From a virus: 64,000 bases of DNA. Where the stretch lies: positions 1 to 64,000 of IMG/VR virus record IMGVR_UViG_3300036770_005287; one strand, written 5' to 3'. The position numbers and the translations under genes are program-made. Shown one piece after another: positions 1 through 9,828 of this stretch (within the stretch, counting starts at the first letter, position 1; each line of letters starts with the position of its first letter). The notes beneath the pieces are model-generated. The model was not told where the DNA came from and did not search any database. It was given only the letters and a program-made list of their open reading frames with translations.

Positions 1-468
1 TCCGCTTTGCGTAGTGCGAACTGCCCCCGCGAACCGTGGGCTTGCTGCTGTAGTGGTAACACCGGTTGTTGCGCCCATATTCCAGCCGGTTGGCGGCGTT
101 TCGCCGTTTGCGCCGGAGTATACAGTATGCAACAGCAAATTCATCAAATTATCCATTGCCGCCAAGCCAAGGCTTTCACCTGTCACTGGATCGTAGTCAA
201 TTCGAGGAACGTTGATTCCAGCTGTAGCAATGCCACCATAGGCGTCACGATACGTTCGAGTCGTTGTTCGCGTGAAAGTCAGCGCTGATGTTAGTAACGT
301 TTGAGTCAAGCCAGCAGGGCCGTAAATCCGTAAATCGTTGTTTGCAAAATCTAAAATGTGAGTTGCTTTTTTGAGTAACGCATCATAAAAGCCGAGGTTA
401 TACCGTGCAGCAGCTTTCTCTGCCGCACTGAGCTTTGCCGATATGCCCGATGCTATCATTAGTGTCAT
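1..468 (-). CDS. Tail fibre/receptor-binding protein paralogue (partial, runs off window start)
   Basis: Not in ORF track. Manual translation from ATG 468 is open to position 1 (MTLMIASG...KKATHILDF...PRIDYDPVTGESLGL...NLL) and shares motifs with the 479..2062 protein (KKATTCFDF...SRIEYNPETSERMGL...TNL). Confidence 0.75.
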   Translation of the reverse strand, partial: MTLMIASGISAKLSAAEKAAARYNLGFYDALLKKATHILDFANNDLRIYGPAGLTQTLLTSALTFTRTTTRTYRDAYGGIATAGINVPRIDYDPVTGESLGLAAMDNLMNLLLHTVYSGANGETPPTGWNMGATTGVTTTAASPRFAGAVRTTQSG

Positions 469-478
469 TCTGTCGGCC

Positions 479-2062
479 TCATAGTGTTAGTAGTTGCAGT
501 TCTGCGACCGTTAAAGCGCGAGGATAATATTCGACACGCTTAATAATGGCATTGACTAAGTTTGCGGCGCTTGAAACAAGCTCCCACGGAGCTGAACCAA
601 TTTTCAATAAATTCATGTTTGGCGCCGGCGGAGTTGCACTTGCCGAACTGCCGACCTGCACGCCGTTACGGCACGCTACATAAGCGCCTGCTTTACAGCT
701 CAAGGCAATGCAGTTGCGCTGACCGCTGACGGCGCCGTGCGGAATGGATACCGCTGACACATTGTTAATGCGCACTGTCCAACTGGTGCCACCGATATAA
801 ACTGTGTCGCTGAAAGTGTTTGCAATACCACCAATAACTGTGAAATCGTTATAACTTAAATCATCGAATTCAATCAGCAGAGTCATTTCCGAGCTCGGTT
901 GAATTGCGCAGTGAATTTGGTCTGCGCTGCGAGTCACAGCGCTGGATTTTGTCGGAATGTAACTTGTAGGTCTTGAGCCAACTTCAACCTGCGCACCCCA
1001 GATAAAACCGAACTCGGCACCGATAGCAGATGGTACAGCCCACACTGACGGCACGAAATCAACGCCTGTAACGTTTGGACCAGCCTGCATGTTCCCGCTG
1101 ACCCACAAACGCACAACTCCGTCTGGATATTTTTCTCTACCAGCTAAGCCGCCAGAAATTGCACCGACTTGATCGAGAAGAATAGAATCTAAGTCATGGT
1201 CATACTGCAATCTGATGTAAATACCGCCAGCAGATGAATTTGCATACATGACAATTCTGCTCGTTGATCGCGAACCTCGCCGCACAAACATACTTGCGCA
1301 ATATGTTGTGTTGTCTGTTGTGAAAACTCCATTTCGTCTGATGTAGCTGCCGTTTTGCACTGCGTCTGTATTTTCGTGGCGGGTCATAGTCATAGTGCCA
1401 TCTGGTGCTAATGCTGCGTTTTGCACTACTTTTGATCCTGAACGCTTCAGCCACGTTGATTGAGTGAAATCTTCGGAATATGGAACAAGATTTGTCCGAG
1501 GCTCTTCACACCGTAAGCCCATCCTTTCGCTGGTTTCAGGATTGTATTCAATGCGCGACTCACCCGTATCATAAGTAACAATGCCAAAAGGATGATTTGC
1601 GGTTGCTGTGGTTGCGCGGGAATTTATCAGCGCGTCGCTAAGCGGCTGTTGGATCATGTTTTTATTGCTGTAAACCCTGTAAACCCCTGACACAAAATCG
1701 AAACATGTCGTCGCTTTTTTGGATACTTTGTCACGACTGTTGTCACTATTCAGATCAACTAGCACCCATGCACCAACACCTACGCCGCCGGCGCTCACTG
1801 GTGAGCTGGCGGCAGCGACTACTTTTGGCAGGGCGCCATCCCATCGGAAGAGCTGACCGGTAGCCGCCCAGCGCAATAACTCATTTCGGATATTGATTGT
1901 TTGCCCAGCCTCGAAACTGTCAACAATAGACCAGCCAATATTCGAGTACGAAATGTATGCGGCGCGTAAAGCATTGAAAGCTGTAGCGATGTCCTCAGCC
2001 TTGCTTGCTCTTTGATCTCCGACCGGCGCAGCGGTAATCGTCGGAATGTTCAGAGTGGTCAT
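479..2062 (-). CDS. Tail fibre/tailspike protein with C-terminal LamG/ConA-like domain
   Basis: Tailspike N-terminal-type motif (SFEAG...LFRWDGALPKVV...GVGAW); C-terminal 'IKRVEYYPRALTVAEL' is typical of LamG-like domains; lies at the P1 R/S position. Confidence 0.75.
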   Translation of the reverse strand: MTTLNIPTITAAPVGDQRASKAEDIATAFNALRAAYISYSNIGWSIVDSFEAGQTINIRNELLRWAATGQLFRWDGALPKVVAAASSPVSAGGVGVGAWVLVDLNSDNSRDKVSKKATTCFDFVSGVYRVYSNKNMIQQPLSDALINSRATTATANHPFGIVTYDTGESRIEYNPETSERMGLRCEEPRTNLVPYSEDFTQSTWLKRSGSKVVQNAALAPDGTMTMTRHENTDAVQNGSYIRRNGVFTTDNTTYCASMFVRRGSRSTSRIVMYANSSAGGIYIRLQYDHDLDSILLDQVGAISGGLAGREKYPDGVVRLWVSGNMQAGPNVTGVDFVPSVWAVPSAIGAEFGFIWGAQVEVGSRPTSYIPTKSSAVTRSADQIHCAIQPSSEMTLLIEFDDLSYNDFTVIGGIANTFSDTVYIGGTSWTVRINNVSAVSIPHGAVSGQRNCIALSCKAGAYVACRNGVQVGSSASATPPAPNMNLLKIGSAPWELVSSAANLVNAIIKRVEYYPRALTVAELQLLTL

Positions 2063-2073
2063 TGTTATCCTTT

Positions 2074-3060
2074 TTAAGTCGTATACATTCTTGATGAAGT
2101 GGATAATGTTCCGCCGCTAGTTAGCCTTCCATTGACCAGCCAATCTGTTTCTACAGCAATGTTTAATGACTGCAACTTGGCATCTGCTGGCATTAAATTA
2201 ACCCCGATCCGCATTTCACCAATTCGCGCATCGCCCAGCCGCAAAGGTCGGCGTACAGTCAGATCTCCAAAATCATGGTCAAACTGTGTAGAGGCCGTAA
2301 GAGATCGCTCTTGAAAGTCGTACTCGTCGCCAATGCGAACTGACCCAATGCGGCATACGCCCAGCCGGTTTGTTGCAGGCAAAACGCAAGGCGCCATGGT
2401 TACATCGAGCTGAATGCTTTTTAGCGCCAGCGATTCCAGCACGTCAGACAAATAGACCTGCAGGACAAAGAGTTGCCCGTCATAAACGATTCGCGTTGGT
2501 AGCAAAGGCATTAAGACTTGATCAACATCCAACACAAACCGGTCCATCAGATCAGCACCGGCAAGATTTGGATATAGGCGGTACAAGTCTTCTAAATTGA
2601 TTTGCAGGAGCCCGCGGCTTGTTTTAAACCAGCCATCTGCAGGTACGTCTTGATAAAGCCCTTTATCCACTTCACGGGCAAGCACTGAGCCATACGGATA
2701 CGTTTCTACGTTAGTCGGCGCAAAAAGCGGGACCCAACTAACTCGGACGTTTGAAAACTCACGTTGCAGCGTCTTTTTAAGCGGGTAGAGGTAGTTTTTC
2801 TGATGCACTTCATCCAGGCGCTGCAAAAGCAGCAAGGGCCGGTCCTGCACGTCAGAGCGCCCGATGGTGGCATTGGCCCCGAGCTCATCAAACAGCACTT
2901 TGACATCATCAGGATGCATATCAAAAAGGCGCGGCCGCGCCTTGAGGCGAGTCAGTGTCGGCTCGACAACCTGATCCACCACGACGGCAAGCGCATCCGC
3001 CAGCGCTACCCAGGCAGCGCTGTTTTGCATCGATTTGATTAAGTTATCTTTAAGAGACAT
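2074..3060 (-). CDS. Baseplate wedge protein, P1 gp16-like
   Basis: Long ORF between the BplA-like gene and the fibres (P1 synteny); ATG at 3060 preferred over TTG 3084. Confidence 0.65.
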   Translation of the reverse strand: MSLKDNLIKSMQNSAAWVALADALAVVVDQVVEPTLTRLKARPRLFDMHPDDVKVLFDELGANATIGRSDVQDRPLLLLQRLDEVHQKNYLYPLKKTLQREFSNVRVSWVPLFAPTNVETYPYGSVLAREVDKGLYQDVPADGWFKTSRGLLQINLEDLYRLYPNLAGADLMDRFVLDVDQVLMPLLPTRIVYDGQLFVLQVYLSDVLESLALKSIQLDVTMAPCVLPATNRLGVCRIGSVRIGDEYDFQERSLTASTQFDHDFGDLTVRRPLRLGDARIGEMRIGVNLMPADAKLQSLNIAVETDWLVNGRLTSGGTLSTSSRMYTT

Positions 3061-3082
3061 AGCGGCCTGATAAATCCTGTTC

Positions 3083-3094
3083 AACGTTAGGATA
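3083..3094 (+). promoter_or_regulatory. AACGTTAGGATA dispersed operator-like motif
   Basis: Exact copy, upstream of the gp16-like gene. Confidence 0.7.
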
Positions 3095-3115
3095 AATCAG
3101 GCGCTATTTTTTTGA

Positions 3116-4504
3116 TCAGCTGATTTGAAAAATTGAGTTATTGAGGTCCAAATAGCGGAATTCGTTCTTTTTCGACGCCACCATCAAATCAAGGCCGGCT
3201 ACCTGAATATCGAACTGCTGTAAAAGCCCGGTCCCTTGGACAAGCTGCCAGATCTCATCCGGCGTTGGCGAACCGATAACATCAGTCGCGCTGTTGGTCA
3301 GTGGATTAAGCGCGGCCTTAATGGCAGCAATGACGTTCTCAGGCGTATTGGTTGACAGCGTTTTGCCTTTCAGTGCGATCGTGAACGGCTTATGCAGCGG
3401 AAACACCCACTGATAGTTTTCGTTGTACGATTCCTGCTGCTGATACAACAGTTCGATTGCAGCTTTCACTTCCGACGGGCTTAATACCGGGTGATTCGCG
3501 CTGATATAGATCTGGTTGATAAAATCAATGCTCTGATAGCCGGCAATTTTTTCCTGATCTGCTTCGCCCCATACGCTGATCCAGTTGAGGCCCGCAATGT
3601 TGGTCCGAATGTAATACAGGTGATCTGAACCCCATACGATTTGCTCATCATAGCTTGGGTAATACAGGGCATTTTGCCGAATGCTTTCAGTCGATTCGCG
3701 CTCAGTACCAATCTGCAGCGTTTCACCGGTGACAATATCCACACGATCGGTCAGCTCAGGCCAGCTTGGTGCGGTCATCGCCATGCCGGCCGGGACATCG
3801 GTGGCGCCATTGGTTAGCAGGCATTCGATTTGCACCAGCGACTGCGCAGCCGGGATGCGACCTGATACGCCGTTACCAAAGCGGATCCCGATTTGCTCCC
3901 CTGGCGTATAGAACTCGACAAATGCACGCGAATTCTTATCAGTACCCCGGAATAACTTGGTTTTGGTCCACTCTTCGCGCTGACCGACGGGGCTGGTTAC
4001 AAAAACACGCAGCTCTGCCACTTTGTCCGACGTATCAGCATCGAGTAGCACAGAGGCGTATGAGCTGGCGCTTTGCAGGCGATAATTGAGAACGGATATT
4101 TCCGCCTGAATACAGCTTGATACGACTGCCCCGCTGGCAGGTACCACGGCTTGGTCTTCCATCAAATAGTAAAGCCCGTTATCCGGACAATACAGCCGGG
4201 TAAGGGCAGGGACCACAATAGCGCTGGCGGTTTTGTTGGTCAGGATAATGCGCTTTTTGTTTGGCTGGCGTTTAATCGGGATATAGCCGCGCGATTCTGC
4301 GCCGGCAAGTACGGAGGATGGCGATACCGCACGCGTTAAAAACGATTCCTGCAGTCGGCGTTCTGATGCGAAACTGACTCGCTCGACCACCATTGCAACA
4401 AAAGTCACCAGGTATCTGACAAATTCACTACCCTTAAATCGCTGCCACCACGGGCTATCCGTGATTGCGCTGTTGAATATCGTCTGAATTTCATCAAGTT
4501 TCAT
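3116..4504 (-). CDS. bplA: Baseplate J-like protein (P1 BplA-like)
   Basis: 462 aa with 'ESFLTRA', 'IRFGNG..G..P' and 'ESTESIRQNA' baseplate-J/T4 gp6-like motifs; P1 synteny. Confidence 0.75.
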   Translation of the reverse strand: MKLDEIQTIFNSAITDSPWWQRFKGSEFVRYLVTFVAMVVERVSFASERRLQESFLTRAVSPSSVLAGAESRGYIPIKRQPNKKRIILTNKTASAIVVPALTRLYCPDNGLYYLMEDQAVVPASGAVVSSCIQAEISVLNYRLQSASSYASVLLDADTSDKVAELRVFVTSPVGQREEWTKTKLFRGTDKNSRAFVEFYTPGEQIGIRFGNGVSGRIPAAQSLVQIECLLTNGATDVPAGMAMTAPSWPELTDRVDIVTGETLQIGTERESTESIRQNALYYPSYDEQIVWGSDHLYYIRTNIAGLNWISVWGEADQEKIAGYQSIDFINQIYISANHPVLSPSEVKAAIELLYQQQESYNENYQWVFPLHKPFTIALKGKTLSTNTPENVIAAIKAALNPLTNSATDVIGSPTPDEIWQLVQGTGLLQQFDIQVAGLDLMVASKKNEFRYLDLNNSIFQIS

Positions 4505-4514
4505 GGATAAGGCC

Positions 4515-4862
4515 TTAAAAGTTCAGCAGCCTGCGCAGCAGGCCCTGGCTGGTTAATAAAGTCAGTTCAACGCGGTCAAATTCCAGGCGAACCACGCCAA
4601 TGCTTTGCACGGAAATAAAAGGCAAATCCTGGCGAATATCGAGCAGTAGCAGGTTTTCAAAAATCGCAGAGAATGTATTTGCATCGCCTACTGGCTCATG
4701 CTTAAACATCGAAAATCGATTACCCCATGCCGGGCGCCCCCAGTACTGCCCCTTTGGCGTATCAAGCCACAGGTTTATCTGCGCAATTTGCGCTTCGTCA
4801 TCACTCAGATGCACGGTCAATTCGCCGGCATCGAGCGCCATCAAATGATTGATTTCAGCCAT
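4515..4862 (-). CDS. Baseplate wedge gp25/GPW-like protein (P1 PmgA-like)
   Basis: 'WLDTPKGQYWGRPAWG' gp25-like motif; lies between sit and bplA. Confidence 0.7.
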   Translation of the reverse strand: MAEINHLMALDAGELTVHLSDDEAQIAQINLWLDTPKGQYWGRPAWGNRFSMFKHEPVGDANTFSAIFENLLLLDIRQDLPFISVQSIGVVRLEFDRVELTLLTSQGLLRRLLNF

Positions 4863-7210
4863 TACATTCTATCCAGTGACTGCAGGTGCATGAGTTGATC
4901 AGATGCGGCCAGCGGGACCTGTCCCGGTGACTTGGTTTGCATCCGGATATTCTCAACGTTATTGGTTGTTGATTGCTGTGCCGGCGCTGGTGCGGGCTTA
5001 TTCGCATCAGACAGCGCTTTGAGCGACTTCTGATCAAGCTGCGCCACAACAACAGCCGGCTTTTGCTCTGCTTTAACCGGTGCCGGGGCTGGCGCTGGCG
5101 GCGCAACCGCAGGAACCGCTGGCGCCGGCACCGCAGAGGCATACATCATACTGCCTGCGCCTTTCGGTGGCGCTTTAGCGGTACCAGGCTCTACCGGCGT
5201 CATCGATTCAATATCTGTATATTCATTCGAGGACCGGACAGTCCCCTTTGGGGCTGGCGTTGTACTTGCCATCACCATAGGCGACTTGCCGACAGTCTGT
5301 GCCTGTGTTGCGCCAGTTTTAGTTGCCGCTGCCATGCCGGCAGAGCTAAAAGCACCGGCTTTGACCGGCTGATAGGGCGCCAGTGCATGCCCGCGCGGAC
5401 TTCCCCCGAAAAACTCATACAGGGTTCTGGCAATATCATCACCGGACACGCCGAAAAGCATTTCAGTGAGGCCACCAGCTGATAACACCTGACCGGCGGC
5501 CATTGCACTTTTCTGACCAAATGAGGCCTCTTCACCATCGCGCAGATTAAAGGCCCGTTTTTGACCTTCGCTATCGGTAAAACCCTTAAAGCCGTCAAAC
5601 ACCGCCAGCGCCGCGGTTAATGGTAACGCCAGACGGCTAAGGATTGTCCCGCCCATGCGAAGAGCACCAGCCATTTTTCCGCCGCCAGCGGCTGCACCAG
5701 CAGCTGATGCGCCTGTTTGCGCAGCAGCGCCTACTGGTTTCCCGGTAAACCAGCCTTTTGTTTTTTCCCACATAGTCGGGCTTGATGGGCCGCGACCGCC
5801 AGCAGGGCCGGTGCCCATGCCCGTATAGCTTCCCATGCGCCCCGGTGCCCGCTTGGCGCCGGCAGGTTGCCGTTTATCGCTTCCCCAGCCACCCATGCGT
5901 TCACGCCAGGTTGGTTTTCGGCCTGAGCGTCCACCGCGACCACGCCGGCCACGCCCAAAGAAATCGCCCACCATGTCTAGCAGGCCTTCTCCGGTGTCTA
6001 CATTGAGCTTTAAGTCTTTAATCGCTTCAGTTGTTTCGTTGATAGCCAGCGTGAGTGCTGTTGTCTGATCGTCAATAGCATCACGCATCAAATCAGATTG
6101 CCTGTCTGTGCGGCTGAGCTCCGCTGCAGACATCGCAATCGGGGCTTTAGCGCTGCCTTTCGCGCCTGACTGATTTACACTGTAAATCGCTTTACTATCA
6201 GTAGCTTGTTTATCTAAATCACCACGGGCCACACGCTGAAATAAACTCAGGAACGCACGCTTAGGATTGCGAAAGAGTGAAAAGGCAAAATCAACAGCCT
6301 GGCGGCGCATCGCCGGCTTTGTCTTTGCGGCTGCAACAGCCTCAGTAGTCTGCGCAGGCTCTATCAGCGACTTGTCGGATTTACCGAGGCTTGGCAGGCT
6401 ATCTTTGCCGCGCGATATCATGTTTTTGGCGCTTTTAGCCAGCTGATACATTTCTTTGCCGGCCAGGAATGCACTGCCACCCACAGCCATCCCCGCTGCG
6501 TCTAATGCATCTTCCTGACGGTCTTCAGTAAAACGACCTTTGGCCCAGTTCAGGATCTTGGCAAAGCCGCTTTGCTTGATTTCATCAGGACCGCTTTGCG
6601 TGCCGGCAATGATCTCTTTTTGCTGGCGGGTAGCAAAGGCGCCATTCTCCTGACGCCAGCGCCCTTGTTCATCCTGATACATGCCCGCAAGAATGGCGTT
6701 GGTTTCGTCCTGAGCGCGGATCTGAGCTTTGGATTGCTGCGCAATCGCCGCAACCACGTCTGGCTGCTCAGCCACTTCAGGCTTTGCGTTGACCAATGGT
6801 GCGACTGCACTGGCAATTTGTGAGGATAGTGCCGCCTGGTTAAGATCCGGCGCTTTGGCGGCTTGCGTCACCGCTTGTTTAATGGCTGCAGGCCGGATAT
6901 TCGTAACCGCTTTGGTTAAATCCGCCAGCTCTTTTTTGCCGGGTAGGAATTCGTCGGCGTCTACCGGCTCAGCCTGACTGCTGCTGTGCTGCTCTGCCTG
7001 CTGGCGGCGCGCCCGCTTCGGGTCATATACCTTGGCTTTAGGTTGCCGTGGTGTAGTGTCTGGCTGGTTACGCGTATCATCAGCAATGCCCTGACCGATA
7101 GCGCCCTTAATCGCCTGCTCGACGCGTGCAATCGCGCGCAGTTCCTTTCCTGATGCCTGTTCTATGGCCCGGATCACCGGTACATAGGCGGCAATTTGAT
7201 TCGGTGTCAT
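4862..7210 (-). CDS. Tape-measure-like protein (P1 Sit position)
   Basis: 782 aa, Ala/Gly-rich and low complexity with hydrophobic segments; canonical position downstream of tube and chaperone genes. Confidence 0.7.
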   Translation of the reverse strand: MTPNQIAAYVPVIRAIEQASGKELRAIARVEQAIKGAIGQGIADDTRNQPDTTPRQPKAKVYDPKRARRQQAEQHSSSQAEPVDADEFLPGKKELADLTKAVTNIRPAAIKQAVTQAAKAPDLNQAALSSQIASAVAPLVNAKPEVAEQPDVVAAIAQQSKAQIRAQDETNAILAGMYQDEQGRWRQENGAFATRQQKEIIAGTQSGPDEIKQSGFAKILNWAKGRFTEDRQEDALDAAGMAVGGSAFLAGKEMYQLAKSAKNMISRGKDSLPSLGKSDKSLIEPAQTTEAVAAAKTKPAMRRQAVDFAFSLFRNPKRAFLSLFQRVARGDLDKQATDSKAIYSVNQSGAKGSAKAPIAMSAAELSRTDRQSDLMRDAIDDQTTALTLAINETTEAIKDLKLNVDTGEGLLDMVGDFFGRGRRGRGGRSGRKPTWRERMGGWGSDKRQPAGAKRAPGRMGSYTGMGTGPAGGRGPSSPTMWEKTKGWFTGKPVGAAAQTGASAAGAAAGGGKMAGALRMGGTILSRLALPLTAALAVFDGFKGFTDSEGQKRAFNLRDGEEASFGQKSAMAAGQVLSAGGLTEMLFGVSGDDIARTLYEFFGGSPRGHALAPYQPVKAGAFSSAGMAAATKTGATQAQTVGKSPMVMASTTPAPKGTVRSSNEYTDIESMTPVEPGTAKAPPKGAGSMMYASAVPAPAVPAVAPPAPAPAPVKAEQKPAVVVAQLDQKSLKALSDANKPAPAPAQQSTTNNVENIRMQTKSPGQVPLAASDQLMHLQSLDRM
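6172..6188. other. parS2-type palindrome GATTTACACTGTAAATC
   Basis: Perfect palindrome inside the tape-measure gene. Confidence 0.65.
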
Positions 7211-7330
7211 TTCAGCTCCCGGCGCTTGGATTCAATGCGGATCAGTAAATCAGCAGGCATTTGCAGGACATCAATCGGCTTGTGGCCGAGTGTCATCTGG
7301 TGCGCCAGCAACTGCTCCCAGTCATCACCG

Positions 7331-8224
7331 CTATAAAGACGGAAAGAAGTTGTAACAGTGAAAGCCCAGCAACAAGCGTGTTTCCGCTGTGTTGCCCTCC
7401 TTAGCTGTTACCGGCCATTCATTTTCAGGAACTTGATCTGCCTGCAGCTGTTTCACCAGTGCGGCCTTTTCATCTTTTTTGACCGGGCATTGGTGCGCCG
7501 GCGTGACCAGGGCTATTTCGCCTTCGACATAAACGCTTTCTAACCCGTGATCCATGTCCTGCAGCGTTAACTGGATAAAAGCGGCCAGCCGGGTAAAGGT
7601 ATTGAGCTCAACCGTCAACAAACGCTGATAGTTCCATTCAAATGCATCCACAGGCTCAAGGTCTTCAGGCTGTTCATTCAGGCGCATTGAAGCCGCCAGC
7701 TCTTTGATGCGCAGGTCCGCATGTGCGATTTCATACGCTTCTGAGTCTGGCTCTTGTTCATCACGGGCATTGCGCGCTTCTTCTAGCCACATCATGGCAT
7801 GGCCGTTTAACGGGACTATAAAGCCCTCGCCAATCAATTCAGGGGGCAGGGGCTCTTTGAGCGGACGATTTGCTGAGGTAATGCCGCCTGATAGGTCTAC
7901 TAAATCAATCTGGCGCGTGTGCCACTGGTTACAGTGAGCACACTGATATTCTTGCGTCATAATCGTGTTATCACGCGTATGGATAAACAACCAATACAGC
8001 GCCGTGCGCCGGTCCTGAGCGGTCCATTCAGCGCTATCCTGGCCTTCGGTCAATAACAGCCGGTTCAGCCACTGTGTTGCGGCGTATTCTTCGAGCTCAG
8101 GCGCCATGCCACAAAATGCCCGGTAGTCGGCCACGTTTGGCGCGCGCTGCTCAATTTTTGTTTTGCCATCGGCACAAAGCACGTATTCAGGCACAAAGCT
8201 CAGCGCATCTTGTTTTTTACTCAT
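7331..8224 (-). CDS. Tail/baseplate assembly chaperone (P1 PmgB-like), probably with a frameshift extension to 7207
   Basis: CxxC motif (CAHC); sits between tube and tape measure; see frameshift finding. Confidence 0.65.
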   Translation of the reverse strand: MSKKQDALSFVPEYVLCADGKTKIEQRAPNVADYRAFCGMAPELEEYAATQWLNRLLLTEGQDSAEWTAQDRRTALYWLFIHTRDNTIMTQEYQCAHCNQWHTRQIDLVDLSGGITSANRPLKEPLPPELIGEGFIVPLNGHAMMWLEEARNARDEQEPDSEAYEIAHADLRIKELAASMRLNEQPEDLEPVDAFEWNYQRLLTVELNTFTRLAAFIQLTLQDMDHGLESVYVEGEIALVTPAHQCPVKKDEKAALVKQLQADQVPENEWPVTAKEGNTAETRLLLGFHCYNFFPSL

Positions 8225-8745
8225 GGCAGTGGGGGCCCCATCGATTTGTATTTTTGGAATGTCACGCTAAAGGTGCCGCGTTCTGTGCGCTTGGAAACGT
8301 CAGCGCTGTAATCGTTGTTCTCTTCGATATACACGTCCCACTCGACTTCCTTGTATTCAGTGCCATCTGAGCGGACCCGGTAAATGGTCAACTTAAAGAG
8401 ATATTCAACCGGCAGGTTTACTGTACCGTCTGAGTTAAAAATCTTGGCTTGCAAGCTGGTAATAAACTGGCTGATGGTGCAGTTCTCATCGTCGTGCATC
8501 ACCGCTGTTACGCTGCCCGCTGTCCTTTTGTCCGGGTAAGCTATTTCGCCGTTGGCAATCGATAGCTTGCGGCTTTCAATGCTGCCCATGCCATAGCTGA
8601 TATCGCGGATAAACAGGTCCATATTGGCGGGCGCGCCTTCAATCTCAGCGCGATAGTTGCAGTCCAGGCGAAAGCGAATGTCCCGCAAAGCTATCGATTT
8701 CTTTTTCTGTAATGCGGTCAGGGCCGCCAGATTGCCTTTTGCCAT
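8221..8745 (-). CDS. Tail tube protein (P1 Tub-like)
   Basis: 174 aa, beta-rich, ends 'GTFSVTFQKY'; P1 synteny pmgC-tub-pmgB. Confidence 0.65.
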   Translation of the reverse strand: MAKGNLAALTALQKKKSIALRDIRFRLDCNYRAEIEGAPANMDLFIRDISYGMGSIESRKLSIANGEIAYPDKRTAGSVTAVMHDDENCTISQFITSLQAKIFNSDGTVNLPVEYLFKLTIYRVRSDGTEYKEVEWDVYIEENNDYSADVSKRTERGTFSVTFQKYKSMGPPLP

Positions 8746-9314
8746 TAGCCTATGGTGCTCATCGGAATTGCGACACGGTTAGTACCCATTAGCATCTGCA
8801 ACGCCTCTTTGCGGGCCTGCAAATCAGCATCCGTCGGTAAATGGCTGCTATCCATCTGGCCGGCGGCCATGGCGTTTTTCATGCGCTCATAGTTTGGGAT
8901 CTCAATCAGCACCTGCAGATAGTCTTGCAGCAGGCCAATGATGCGATCAGGCAGCTCAAAGGTATCGATATTGACGTTTCGAAGTGCGACAAAATAGCTC
9001 AGTGTCCAGGGTAGGGGCTGGCGGGCATCGCGCGGATTAACCCGGATGATTGACTCATCCGCTAAAAGCTCATGGCGGATTATTTCGCTGTAGTTATCTT
9101 TGAACTGCAGCACGCCGGCAAAGGCCTCCGGGTAGTCGATATAGGGTTCACCGTCTTGCGTCTGATAGGCGCGAATACGGATTGTTTTGGTCACGCCGGC
9201 TTTTTCGCCATAGGTGCCAAGTGCATCCTTCAGTAGAATCAGACGTTTGTCTGGCTCTACTTGAAGGACAGAGAACCGGGCACAAACATGTTCCAACAGT
9301 TCTTTTGGTGTCAT
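8745..9314 (-). CDS. Head-tail adaptor (P1 PmgC-like)
   Basis: N-terminus 'MTPKELLEHVCARF' as recalled for the PmgC family; synteny. Confidence 0.6.
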   Translation of the reverse strand: MTPKELLEHVCARFSVLQVEPDKRLILLKDALGTYGEKAGVTKTIRIRAYQTQDGEPYIDYPEAFAGVLQFKDNYSEIIRHELLADESIIRVNPRDARQPLPWTLSYFVALRNVNIDTFELPDRIIGLLQDYLQVLIEIPNYERMKNAMAAGQMDSSHLPTDADLQARKEALQMLMGTNRVAIPMSTIG

Positions 9315-9826
9315 TACAACTCTTCTTGCCAGCTGAAGTGGATGGTAATTGGCAGCTTCAGAATTTCCGTCACGCTGTCGTTGGCAAAATCAGCAGAATC
9401 GATTTCAATCCAACAATCCTGCAGCTCTACGCCACCGACCGCTTTACCGCCAGCAGACTCTGGCGTCTGACGGATTTGGATAGCGTCGATCACCACACCA
9501 TCACGTACCATTTTACGCAGCATGCGCAGCGAATCGCCGTCGATAGTCTCAACCACTTGCGCAGTACAAGTTGCGTAGTTTTCCAGGGCGCCTTGCTGAT
9601 TGCTTTGCGTCCCCATCGGGCCATAGCCTTCGACCAGGGCGCGCTTCATCGGCGGATATTGCACGTTGGTTACTTTGAGGCCTAAATCCGGATAGCCTTC
9701 AATATCCACTTCGAACTGACTGGCTAATGCTTTTTCGCCAGCCTGGCGCCATTTAATCAGCCGCTGCTTTAAAACGTCCGGGTTGCCTTGCTGGCCCCGT
9801 AAACGGAATTGATTACTCATAATCAT
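9314..9826 (-). CDS. Tube-fold baseplate protein (P1 BplB-like)
   Basis: 170 aa; synteny pmgG-bplB. Confidence 0.55.
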   Translation of the reverse strand: MIMSNQFRLRGQQGNPDVLKQRLIKWRQAGEKALASQFEVDIEGYPDLGLKVTNVQYPPMKRALVEGYGPMGTQSNQQGALENYATCTAQVVETIDGDSLRMLRKMVRDGVVIDAIQIRQTPESAGGKAVGGVELQDCWIEIDSADFANDSVTEILKLPITIHFSWQEEL

Positions 9827-9828
9827 CC

